From contig CAVVLO010000005.1 in assembly GCA_963749155.1 (NCBI GenBank), positions 224,001 through 288,000 on the forward strand: a stretch of DNA of 64,000 nucleotides. The letters run 5' to 3'. The stretch is from an uncultured Armatimonadia bacterium (GTDB lineage Bacteria > Armatimonadota > Zipacnadia > CAVVLO01). Every line of letters starts with the position of its first letter. Position 1 is the first letter of the stretch. Positions 1 through 8,478 of this stretch are shown here, piece after piece. A program made the position numbers and the translations under genes. The notes under the pieces were generated by a model. That model worked only from the letters and a program-made list of their open reading frames with translations, did not search any database and was not told where the DNA came from.

Positions 1-71
1 ATAACCCATATAACGAGCACTACCCACCAGCCATTGCGGTACAGCCAGGAGTCAGAGCGAGCGCGGTTCAT
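1..71 (-). CDS. 5' fragment of a fourth paralog of the membrane-anchored repeat protein array (runs off the window edge)
   Basis: ATG at 71 overlaps the TGA of the upstream gene (ATGA). It translates as MNRARSDSWLYRNGWWVVLVIWV, matching the start of the 68..1948 protein (SWLYRNAWWLILV). Not in the ORF track. Confidence 0.85.
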   Translation of the reverse strand, partial: MNRARSDSWLYRNGWWVVLVIWV

Positions 72-1948
72 TGTTTGCTCTTCTCCTCTTGCCCTGGCAC
101 AGGCCCCTGCCAGAGATAAGCCTGCCCGCGATACGAAAAGGCAAGCAGGAGTTGCTTGCCATCGGGGCTGATGGCGTAATCATAGAGGTTCTCGAAGGGT
201 CCGAGCTTCTCCCCGCCGACCCAGAGGTAACCGCCCTGGCGCCTCGCATCGTGGTAGCTGGTGGGGAAGCCGCCCGCCTGCCTTAGCCGCTTATACTGGC
301 GTAGCGAGTAAGTTTGCCCGTCAATCCACACCTGATTAGGCGCGACCTTGCCTGGTCGCTGGTCTTCAATGCCGTTGTCTTGTAGCAAATACTCGCGCAT
401 CTGGCGCAGGCTCGAGTTGTCCTTCTTGCAGAAGGCGGTGATGGGGCCGCTGACGGACTCCTCGCGAACGAAGTCCACCCAGCCGAAGGGGCCGATGGAT
501 TTCCCGTTCACCAGCACGTATTGGCCTTCCCCGTTCATACATACGACCGGCGTGGCGTTGGCCTGGCCCTCCGCACCGCGCACTGGCTTGTAGTTGGTGA
601 AGTCCTCCAACCGCTGCGCTGCGTTGGGAGTGCGCCTGGGCTCTGCGTCGATAAGCTTGCGTCCGTCCATATAAAAGCCCTTCAGGGACTGAGGCGTCTT
701 GCCCTGCAGATCCGCCCAGTACCAGACATCGCCCAGTTCTCCAGCAGGAGCAACCCAGCCCACGTATTTGTAGGGGCCCCACTGATTGGCGCCTGCATGC
801 ACCCAGACTTCGCCTGGCTTGGGACTATCCAGCCAGACTAGCTTGCCGTTGGGCAGGAAGGCCTGCGGCCAGAGGGGCCCCATAGGGCCCTCGCCCCGGC
901 CAATCTCTTTCCCGTCGAGGTAAATTGCGTTGCGTAGTGGCTGCCCAGTCGAAGCCTCAAAAGCCAGGTGGCCAGTGCCGGGGCACGTGCCAAGCGAACT
1001 CACCTTCCGGAAGGGCCCAAGCCATTTGCCGTCATACCACACCCGCGCCCCGCGCTTCGAGTTGAAGAGAACCTGCAGATGCTTGCCATCGTCAGAAAGC
1101 GTCGGCTCGCCAATTCCGTCAAACCGCTGGACCTTGCGCCCTTGATCCACGAGCCAGGCGGGGCCGTCTTCCTGCTCGCGCACCATATACGCAATGCGCG
1201 GGGTACCTGTGAGGCTTGCAGTCGGGCCGGATACCTCTACGAAGGGGCCCTGGGTGTTCGTGCCATCCCAGAGGTAGCCTTTGTCATATTCGCCCCTGAA
1301 ACCGATCAACGGCTTGTTCGCCGCGCGGTCCCAGCAGGCCTGGACGCCCATCACCGCAGCCAGTGGGGAGAAGCGGCCATCATACTCGAAAACAGTCAGG
1401 TGGCCGGCTCGAAGGCGCGCTACTAATTGCCCCTCGGGGCCGGCCATATAGAAATGCGGCTCGCTGTAGCGCAGGCCACCTGGACCGCCTTTCGGACGCC
1501 CGAGGGAGTGCAGCTTGCCCTCATACCACACGCTGCCCGCCGACACCCACACCCCGCCTCGTCGGTCCGTGCCCCAGTCCAGCCCAGATCTGGGGCCGTC
1601 AACCGTCAGGCTCTGAGCCGTCGGGTGGCCGGTAGTCTCCACAAGTTGGCCGTCATTCAGCCACGTGACGGAGCCGCCAGCACTTGCGACTACGGCCACG
1701 GAATGGCTGCCGCTCGGGGTGAAGAGCACAAGGCCTCCGTAGCTGGATGCCGAGCCGAATGGACCGTAAAGCTGCCCTCCCTTTGGCACGGTCTGGGAGA
1801 TGGGAATCAGCCGCTGCTGCAGCGAGAGCCACCAGGTAGACCAGGCTTCCTTTGTAGCAGAGGCCACCTGGAGGCCGAAATAGGAAACCAGAATCAGCCA
1901 CCAGGCATTGCGGTACAGCCAGGAACGACGCCTCGGCTCACTTGTCAT
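68..1948 (-). CDS. Membrane-anchored beta-propeller-like repeat protein (paralog 3)
   Basis: 626 aa; basic N-terminus plus TM helix; repeated VWxDGKxxGPF/Y units; SPDGK motif; C-terminal YLWQGP; ATGA coupling at both ends. Confidence 0.8.
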   Translation of the reverse strand: MTSEPRRRSWLYRNAWWLILVSYFGLQVASATKEAWSTWWLSLQQRLIPISQTVPKGGQLYGPFGSASSYGGLVLFTPSGSHSVAVVASAGGSVTWLNDGQLVETTGHPTAQSLTVDGPRSGLDWGTDRRGGVWVSAGSVWYEGKLHSLGRPKGGPGGLRYSEPHFYMAGPEGQLVARLRAGHLTVFEYDGRFSPLAAVMGVQACWDRAANKPLIGFRGEYDKGYLWDGTNTQGPFVEVSGPTASLTGTPRIAYMVREQEDGPAWLVDQGRKVQRFDGIGEPTLSDDGKHLQVLFNSKRGARVWYDGKWLGPFRKVSSLGTCPGTGHLAFEASTGQPLRNAIYLDGKEIGRGEGPMGPLWPQAFLPNGKLVWLDSPKPGEVWVHAGANQWGPYKYVGWVAPAGELGDVWYWADLQGKTPQSLKGFYMDGRKLIDAEPRRTPNAAQRLEDFTNYKPVRGAEGQANATPVVCMNGEGQYVLVNGKSIGPFGWVDFVREESVSGPITAFCKKDNSSLRQMREYLLQDNGIEDQRPGKVAPNQVWIDGQTYSLRQYKRLRQAGGFPTSYHDARRQGGYLWVGGEKLGPFENLYDYAISPDGKQLLLAFSYRGQAYLWQGPVPGQEEKSKQ

Positions 1949-3891
1949 TGCGCCTCACCTACCGGCCCCTGCCAGAGATAAGTGTTGTTCTCCCGGATGA
2001 AGGCCAGGAGCGCTTGCTTGCCGTCCGGGCTTACTGTGCAGGCTAGCACGTCGTCGACGGGTCCAAGCTTGTTGCCAGCAATCCAGACCGCCCGCAGCGG
2101 GTGGGGCCAGGAGTGCTCCGGCCCAGGCACTGTAAACGTCACGGCGCCTGCGATCTCCCGCTGCTTCTGATACTGCTCCAGGCTGTACCGTTGCCCTGCC
2201 ACCCAGACGTGGTCGGGCGCCGGCTTGTCGCTGCTGCTGTAAGAGCCACTGGGGCGCTTCATGGCATCCTCAGCCTTGTCCACATAGAAGATAGCGAGGG
2301 GTCCAGAGGGCGATTCCTCCCTGGCTGACACCACATAGCCGAAGGGGCCTACCGGCTTGCCATCCACTAGTACATATTGGCCGGTGGCGTCCTCGCAGAG
2401 CACCTTGGGGGTCGAGTTGAACCACTCCCGCGCCGGGTTGCGCTGCGTGTAGTCGGGCCACAAAGCGTCCACATCCGCCATCTGCCCGGGCCGCCAATAA
2501 TTGCCAACGAGCTTGCCGTCAACGAAGAGCTGCCACTTCTCACGCGAGAAGGCGTCCTGCAAGTTGTTGTTGTACGTCCAGGGGGTACCTGGCGGGGTCG
2601 CCCAGTAGATGACGTGGCCTTCGCCAGGAGGCAGCCCCAGCCCGAGTACCGCCTCGTAGGGTCCGTAGCGCTTGCCCTCGAACCAGACACCCACTTGCTC
2701 AGAGCCCTCCACCCGGTAGCCGAAGGCGAGTCTCGATTGGCCCTCCCATCCACGGAAGGGGCCGCTATAGCGGCCATCTGCAGGCCTCCTGGCGACTGGC
2801 TTCCCATCCACCCACACGCGAGAGCCGGTTTGGCCAGGTTCAGTCGCGGAGAAGACAAAGCTCTGCCTCTCTCCGATGAAGCCATCGTGACCAACATCCC
2901 CGAAGACGCCAAGCTTTTTGCCGTCCAGCCACACCGTGGTGCGGTCGCCGCCCTTCGCGATTAGCGCCAGGTGCTTGCCATCGGCGGAGAGATCCACCTC
3001 AGGCGCCACTTCGAAGGGGCCACTGCGCTTGCCCGAATCCACAACCCAGGCAGGGCCAGACACCTTCTCCTGGTATGAGTAGACGATGCGCTGGGGTTGC
3101 TTCTCACTTAGCACGGGGCCTTCCAGGGTCGCGAAGGGGCCCTTCACCTCATCGCCCATCCGCAGGTACCACTTGCCATCCTTGGCATCGTGGTAACCAA
3201 ACACCAGCGCGCCATCGCTCAGCCGCTGGCCGCACCAGAAACTGGCCGCAGGGCCATACAGCTTGCCCTTCCACGCGAACCAGTATGGGACACAGTTGCC
3301 GCCGCCGCTTCTGGGGAGGGTACGGTCCATATCCAGGAAGCACCCACCCGCGGTCTTGCCGTCTTTGCCAAGCAGCGGGGCATAGTCTTCATACATCGTG
3401 TCTCGCTTGCCGCTAGTGGGCTGCAGCGAGCCGCATGCATTGAGGTAGCCGTTGTAGCAGACCTCGCCGAGAGCAACCCACAACCGCCCAGCCGCATCCA
3501 GCCCGGCTTCGGGCCTGCGAAGGTCGCCCCCCGTGCCGAGAACCGGCCCATGTGCCTGCCCATCTATCAGCCACACTTCGCTGCCGGTTCCAAGCGAGGC
3601 TACGAGGACGGAATGCTTGCCCGCCTGGTCGTAGGCCGCAAGTCCGCCCTCGAAAGAGGGCCACTGGCCCAGTCGCTCGTAGGGGCCCAAGAGGGTTCCT
3701 CCGGCTGGCACGACCTTTTCCGAGGGGTTGCTGATCCGCTGCAGCTTCTCCAGACCGCAGCCGGCCAGCTGCGTTACCAGTGAGTAGACTAATATCAGCC
3801 CCAGGACGATCGTCGGGCTTGCAAGTATCAGCGGTAACCACAGTTTGGCGAATCGGCTCGGTCTGCGCTGACCGGGTTCGGGTTGCTGCAT
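1945..3891 (-). CDS. Membrane-anchored beta-propeller-like repeat protein (paralog 2)
   Basis: 648 aa; same architecture and motifs (PxGGxLxGPY, SADGKHL, SPDGKQ, YLWQGP); SD GGAGG upstream. Confidence 0.8.
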   Translation of the reverse strand: MQQPEPGQRRPSRFAKLWLPLILASPTIVLGLILVYSLVTQLAGCGLEKLQRISNPSEKVVPAGGTLLGPYERLGQWPSFEGGLAAYDQAGKHSVLVASLGTGSEVWLIDGQAHGPVLGTGGDLRRPEAGLDAAGRLWVALGEVCYNGYLNACGSLQPTSGKRDTMYEDYAPLLGKDGKTAGGCFLDMDRTLPRSGGGNCVPYWFAWKGKLYGPAASFWCGQRLSDGALVFGYHDAKDGKWYLRMGDEVKGPFATLEGPVLSEKQPQRIVYSYQEKVSGPAWVVDSGKRSGPFEVAPEVDLSADGKHLALIAKGGDRTTVWLDGKKLGVFGDVGHDGFIGERQSFVFSATEPGQTGSRVWVDGKPVARRPADGRYSGPFRGWEGQSRLAFGYRVEGSEQVGVWFEGKRYGPYEAVLGLGLPPGEGHVIYWATPPGTPWTYNNNLQDAFSREKWQLFVDGKLVGNYWRPGQMADVDALWPDYTQRNPAREWFNSTPKVLCEDATGQYVLVDGKPVGPFGYVVSAREESPSGPLAIFYVDKAEDAMKRPSGSYSSSDKPAPDHVWVAGQRYSLEQYQKQREIAGAVTFTVPGPEHSWPHPLRAVWIAGNKLGPVDDVLACTVSPDGKQALLAFIRENNTYLWQGPVGEAQ

Positions 3892-3906
3892 CTACTATAC
3901 GCCTCC

Positions 3907-5802
3907 CTAGTCTGGCGGAATGGGGCCTTGCCAGAGATAGCTCTTGCCGTCCTTGATGAAAGCCAGAGTGAACTCGTTTGCCTTCGGGCTGACCGCATAA
4001 GCCAGCAGCTTGTCGAAGGGGCCATAACGCTTGCCGGCCACCCAAACCTCGGGTGCTGGGAGGTTGCTGTTCACGGGCCAGTCCAGCCGGTTGCAGAGGT
4101 ATGTTGGCCCTGCCTTGGTGCGAGCCAGGTGGCTATACTGCCTCAGGCTGAGCCGCTCGCCGTTCACCCAGACGGCGCCAGGACGCTGTTGTTGGAACTG
4201 CTCGGACAGCAGGCGATGGACGAGGGAGTTGCTGCTGTAAAAAATAGTAAGCGGGCCCTGCGGGTTGTCGCGGCGTACCGAGACTACTCGAGGGAAGGGA
4301 CCGATAAATTCTCCACCCGCCCACACATATTGCTCTCCGGCCTTCTCCACGACCCGCTCGGGTGCCACGTGCGTGCCTGAGGGCAGTACCGGGCCGGGGA
4401 TGTGGCGATAACCGCTGGCCAGTGTGTAGCCCTCCAGCTTCTTGCCCTGGACGACCAGATAGGATTGCTGCCAATCCTGCTCGCTGCCTCCACCGTTCGG
4501 CAAGAAGCTGGTGAAGGAGCCAGCAAGGTCGCTTGCCCAGAAGGAGTAATCGTCTGGCCCCGGCCCAAAGGCGAGGTCGGCGATTTTGCCATACGGCCCG
4601 AGCAGCTTGCCGTTCACCCAGACCCAGGTGCGCCTGTCCTTCGCATCGATGCAGTGGAAAGCCACTGTCTTACCGGTCGTGGAGCGCTGCACGAAGCCCG
4701 TGTCGAAGCTGAGATTGGGGGTCGAGAGGGAGGTCGGCTTGCCGTCGATCCAGATCTGCCTGTCATCGCAAGAATTCCCCATCACGAAAGCGATGAGCTG
4801 GTTGCCCGGAGGAGCGAAGAAGGCATCGATCTGCTGGCCACGGACGAGTTCTTTCCCTTCGGCCATCAGCACGGCGCCCTTGGCATCCTTCAGGTTGAGG
4901 GCCAGGCGTTTGCCATCGGGCGAGAGCAACACCTCGCCGCCTGCGAGATACGGGCCTGCCTGGTTGCCGTTATCCCACAGCCAGACCGGCCCATCCTGGC
5001 TGTTGGAATACATAAAGGTGATACGAGTCGCGCCGTTGAGGTTGGCGTAGGGACCCCACAGCCGCGCGAAGGAGTCTGGCTTCTCCGCGCCGCGGGCGAG
5101 GCGGTATTCGGTAGTCCCCGGTACTTTATAACCGAACCAGGGTACACCTGGCTTGCCCGTGACCACGGCTTTGCAGCCATATGCACCTGGTCCTAGAAGC
5201 TTGTCGCCGAAGGCGAGGTAATAATATCGCTCCATCGCCGCCGGGCCGGTAGGCGTTTGCTGCGTCAACATAGCGGCGCCGCAGGCCAGCCCTCCAAACC
5301 TGCAGGGCACCTCGCCGAAGGTGTAGTTGAGGCTGCTGGTGCCGCCCTCTGGGCGCAGGGAGGCCGCCTTCCAGTAGTGGCCATCGTAGTAGTAATCGAG
5401 GGAGGTCGCCCAGAGCTTGCCCTCAGCGTCCAGTCCTCCGCGCACGCGATTGAAGTTGTCGCGGTTATCCGGACCTGTGGTTACAGGACCTATCGGCTTG
5501 CCATCGCAAAGCCAAAACTCCTGCTCCGAGCCCACCGCGACGACCGCAACAGAGTGGTTCCCTGCCGCGTCATATCCGACGAAAGCCTTGTCGTAGTAGT
5601 GGACGGGCGACTCGAAAGGGCCGTAGAGGGTGCCATCCTGGGGCAGGTGATACGGGGCAAGGGCCGAGAGCGTCTGCAGCAGGCTCCCACCGACCACCCA
5701 CAGCATCGGGAGGAGAAAGATCGCGAGCAGTACCAGGCCAAACAGTAGCCAGCCAGAGACTCGTCGCCTGGGTGACGCGGGTGGAACTTGCGTTTCGCTC
5801 AT
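3907..5802 (-). CDS. Membrane-anchored beta-propeller-like repeat protein (paralog 1)
   Basis: ATG at 5802 (MSETQ) preceded by AAGGAG; TM helix then GPF/GPY repeats, SPDGKRL and YLWQGP. Confidence 0.8.
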   Translation of the reverse strand: MSETQVPPASPRRRVSGWLLFGLVLLAIFLLPMLWVVGGSLLQTLSALAPYHLPQDGTLYGPFESPVHYYDKAFVGYDAAGNHSVAVVAVGSEQEFWLCDGKPIGPVTTGPDNRDNFNRVRGGLDAEGKLWATSLDYYYDGHYWKAASLRPEGGTSSLNYTFGEVPCRFGGLACGAAMLTQQTPTGPAAMERYYYLAFGDKLLGPGAYGCKAVVTGKPGVPWFGYKVPGTTEYRLARGAEKPDSFARLWGPYANLNGATRITFMYSNSQDGPVWLWDNGNQAGPYLAGGEVLLSPDGKRLALNLKDAKGAVLMAEGKELVRGQQIDAFFAPPGNQLIAFVMGNSCDDRQIWIDGKPTSLSTPNLSFDTGFVQRSTTGKTVAFHCIDAKDRRTWVWVNGKLLGPYGKIADLAFGPGPDDYSFWASDLAGSFTSFLPNGGGSEQDWQQSYLVVQGKKLEGYTLASGYRHIPGPVLPSGTHVAPERVVEKAGEQYVWAGGEFIGPFPRVVSVRRDNPQGPLTIFYSSNSLVHRLLSEQFQQQRPGAVWVNGERLSLRQYSHLARTKAGPTYLCNRLDWPVNSNLPAPEVWVAGKRYGPFDKLLAYAVSPKANEFTLAFIKDGKSYLWQGPIPPD

Positions 5803-5904
5803 AGCGCTCTCCTTGGAATTCACCTGTCGGGCGAGCAGGTGGAGTCCGTCAGGAACGTGAGGCTAGAGGTAGTGTAGCATTAAATCGGAATATAAAAAAG
5901 AGGA

Positions 5905-7236
5905 TTAATTCAATTTCGGGGTCAGCCGCAGCAGCCAAAGCCGGCCCTCGCGGGACACCAGCAGTTCGCGGCCAGTGGGGGAGAGAGCCACCAGCGGGCC
6001 AGAGCCCTTGATATCATCCACATTGCCTGTCGTGGTTAGTCTAATCTGGTCAGTTGAAGTCAACTCGCGCAGATAAAGGTCGCCCTTGTTAAGAGTCAGA
6101 AAGCCCGTCCCATGAGGCAGCCAGGTCGCCCAATCGCCCAGATCCCAATAAGAAGTCGGATTGTCTGGGTCCTCCAAATCTACGACGACCGCCATCGCCT
6201 GGGAGCGGGCGGCTTCGATACAGGTCAGCCCAATATGGGTCTCATCGAGCCAGCGCAAGGCGTAAGGCGCTTTCATCCCAGGCAGGATGGCCAGCACCTT
6301 GAAATCGGGCTGTCCCTCGGTGAAGGTGAGCAAAGCCAGCTCCAGCTTCGGCTGCGAGCCAGTCAGTGGCGAGCGCAGCAGCGCCAGCCGGCGGCCCTCG
6401 GGAGAGGGCGCCAGCGCCAGGTACCGGCGCGTTGCGGCATCTTCCAGTGGGTAGACAGTGTCATCGGCGGCTCTTGCCACCCAATGCAACCGCAAGGCGT
6501 CTGGCCCTTCGGTGTTGCGCTCCAGGCACGCAACCAGCTCCTCCATCAGGAAGACAGGCGCTGTGAGCCCAGGTTGCTCGAGGCTCTCGAGTTCCAGCCC
6601 AGACTGCGACAACACGAGTACAGACGAAGTACTGGCTTTGGGAAGGTCCTGATAGCGTTCGACTGCAAGCTGGAGCCCTTCGGGTGAAAGTGCAAGCCGC
6701 TGGATCATCAGGGAAGGCAGGGCTTCCTTTGATATTCTGGCCGCGGCCGTAATCTGAGCTTCTGTAAGTGCAAAAGTGGTCAGTTCTTCCACTTGTCCCG
6801 AGGCCAACTCGAAGCCATATAGCAGGCTATACAAATTGCGCGCGGGTTCTTTCTCGTCCTTAAGCCCCACAAACCAGGCGTAATCTCCCCTGGGAGAGAA
6901 CACTGGTGGCTCGGTTAGCTGGCCTTTCCAGCTTTCGGGTGGGAGCTTATAGGCTGAGCTCAGCGCAAGTGAGGTAGCGGGGAAGGCCAGTGATTCCTCA
7001 GGCACATAACCGGTGTTAGTCCCAAGCTGCACCAGGCACCAGCCCTGGGCCAGACTTAATACTTCGACTTCCTCACCTGTGGGCACGGCGAGCCGCACTG
7101 GGCAGGCAAGCGAAGGCTCAGCCAGCAATTGGGGACTGGTACCAAGCAGCTTCGCCTTTACGCTGGCGAAAACAGCCAGGGGAGAAAGCAAAAGTACGCC
7201 AAGTGCAAGGGCCAGGCTAATCTTGCGACAGGTCAT
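5905..7236 (-). CDS. Secreted SH3b-domain protein with C-terminal TolB/PD40-like beta-propeller
   Basis: Signal peptide from ATG 7236 (MTCRKISLALALGVLLL); SH3b-like GEEVEVL...GWCLVQ...GYVP; FSPRG, LSPEG, SPEGRRL and SPTGRELL repeats. Confidence 0.7.
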   Translation of the reverse strand: MTCRKISLALALGVLLLSPLAVFASVKAKLLGTSPQLLAEPSLACPVRLAVPTGEEVEVLSLAQGWCLVQLGTNTGYVPEESLAFPATSLALSSAYKLPPESWKGQLTEPPVFSPRGDYAWFVGLKDEKEPARNLYSLLYGFELASGQVEELTTFALTEAQITAAARISKEALPSLMIQRLALSPEGLQLAVERYQDLPKASTSSVLVLSQSGLELESLEQPGLTAPVFLMEELVACLERNTEGPDALRLHWVARAADDTVYPLEDAATRRYLALAPSPEGRRLALLRSPLTGSQPKLELALLTFTEGQPDFKVLAILPGMKAPYALRWLDETHIGLTCIEAARSQAMAVVVDLEDPDNPTSYWDLGDWATWLPHGTGFLTLNKGDLYLRELTSTDQIRLTTTGNVDDIKGSGPLVALSPTGRELLVSREGRLWLLRLTPKLN

Positions 7237-7798
7237 CTTCAAGGAAATCCAGTCCTTTTGAAAAAGGCAGCAGATACTCGCGCCATTCTGGTTTATGGAG
7301 AGCTGCAACGAACTTCGAGAGGCTAATATAGGGCACAAAACGAGGCCTGACTGGTTGGCGCAGCAGTTTCATATTGACTTCTTCAAGCCGATGCTGGCCT
7401 TTACGGCCATTGCAGCGCTGGCAGCAGGCGACGAGATTGTCCCAGGTGGTCTGTCCCCCGCGCGTTCTCGGAATAACGTGATCGAGGGTAAGCGCGCGAT
7501 CTTTGCGCCCACAATACTGGCACTGATAGTTGTCGCGCGCCATTATGGCCTTGCGCGAGAGGCTGAGCTGGGGCACCGGGCGATGCACATAGCTGTGCAA
7601 TTTGACCACGGTCGGGGCGCGGACCGCCTCAAACTCCGAGTGGAAAGTGAGCGAGTCTAGCCTTATCGCCGCTGCTTTGTCCATCAGAAGCAGCACGACG
7701 GCCCGCCTCATCGAGGTCACGTTAAGAGGCTCGTAATTGGCGTTCAGGACTAGCACCTGGCCGCCCTCGAGCCCTGCCAGGGCACTCTCGGTAGGCAA
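7217..7798 (-). CDS. HNH endonuclease (McrA/HNH_5-like, standalone)
   Basis: VLVLNANYEPL N-terminus; RDNYQCQYCG...LTLDHVIPRTRGG..TWDNLVACCQRCNGRKG. Confidence 0.92.
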   Translation of the reverse strand: MPTESALAGLEGGQVLVLNANYEPLNVTSMRRAVVLLLMDKAAAIRLDSLTFHSEFEAVRAPTVVKLHSYVHRPVPQLSLSRKAIMARDNYQCQYCGRKDRALTLDHVIPRTRGGQTTWDNLVACCQRCNGRKGQHRLEEVNMKLLRQPVRPRFVPYISLSKFVAALHKPEWREYLLPFSKGLDFLEDDLSQD

Positions 7799-7889
7799 TC
7801 CAAATCCTCGCTTGGTCCTCTGCCAGGTGGTTCGCCGTTATTGTAGGAGAGGATTGGCCGTCGGTCAACCAACGGCCCTTGCTCAGGAC

Positions 7890-8477
7890 TCAGGTATATT
7901 CCTCAATCAGCATCTGACTGCGCGCATCCAGCCTGGAATAATCGTCCACCAGATAGCGCATCCCTTCGATATCGGTGAAAAGCAGCCGGTCGGGCGGCAG
8001 CTTGCGGATGTCACTGCGATCTCTGACCACGAGCGTGCGTTCGCCCCGGTCGGTAGTCATCTTCCAGGTTGTGATACCGAAAGTAGAGCGCACACTCAGC
8101 ACCTTAATAATGCGCACCTCATAATAAGCAGTGCCGAAATAGTGCGCTAGCGCCGCCTGAGAGGCATTGTCCAGCAAGGTAGAGTCGGGGATCATACCGA
8201 TCTCTTTGCCCTCTTTGTTGAGGACTGCTACATATTGATTTGGCGCTGTAAGCGGGAAGCCTTGTTTGATGCTTATATCGGCGTGTTCTTCCTCGCCCAG
8301 CAGCAGCTTCAGATGGGCGCCATCCACCAACTCGAGCCTGACTTGCTCCGGCTCCAGGATAACCAGTTCGTGACGCTTGGCAAGCTCAAGGCGCCTGGCC
8401 TGTTCGCGTTCTTCAGCCGTCTCGGTGACCTCTTCGGGCTGTTGCTCAAGGCCCGGCTCGATTTCTTGTTCGGCCAT
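7890..8477 (-). CDS. DUF1854 family protein
   Basis: FPLTAPNQYVAV...GKEIGMI; FGITTWKMTTDRG; LLFTDIEGMRY; directly downstream of an ABC exporter, as is typical for the family. Confidence 0.8.
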   Translation of the reverse strand: MAEQEIEPGLEQQPEEVTETAEEREQARRLELAKRHELVILEPEQVRLELVDGAHLKLLLGEEEHADISIKQGFPLTAPNQYVAVLNKEGKEIGMIPDSTLLDNASQAALAHYFGTAYYEVRIIKVLSVRSTFGITTWKMTTDRGERTLVVRDRSDIRKLPPDRLLFTDIEGMRYLVDDYSRLDARSQMLIEEYT

Positions 8478-8478
8478 A

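Noticed and set aside
1..5802. Diversity-generating retroelement acting on the array
   Set aside because: No reverse transcriptase and no TR/VR pair differing at adenines in the window. One beyond the left edge cannot be excluded.
7217..7890. HNH gene as an RNA-guided, CRISPR-like or mobile nuclease
   Set aside because: It is a small, common standalone HNH type. I saw no repeat array, RuvC/TnpB/IscB features, transposon ends or methyltransferase nearby.
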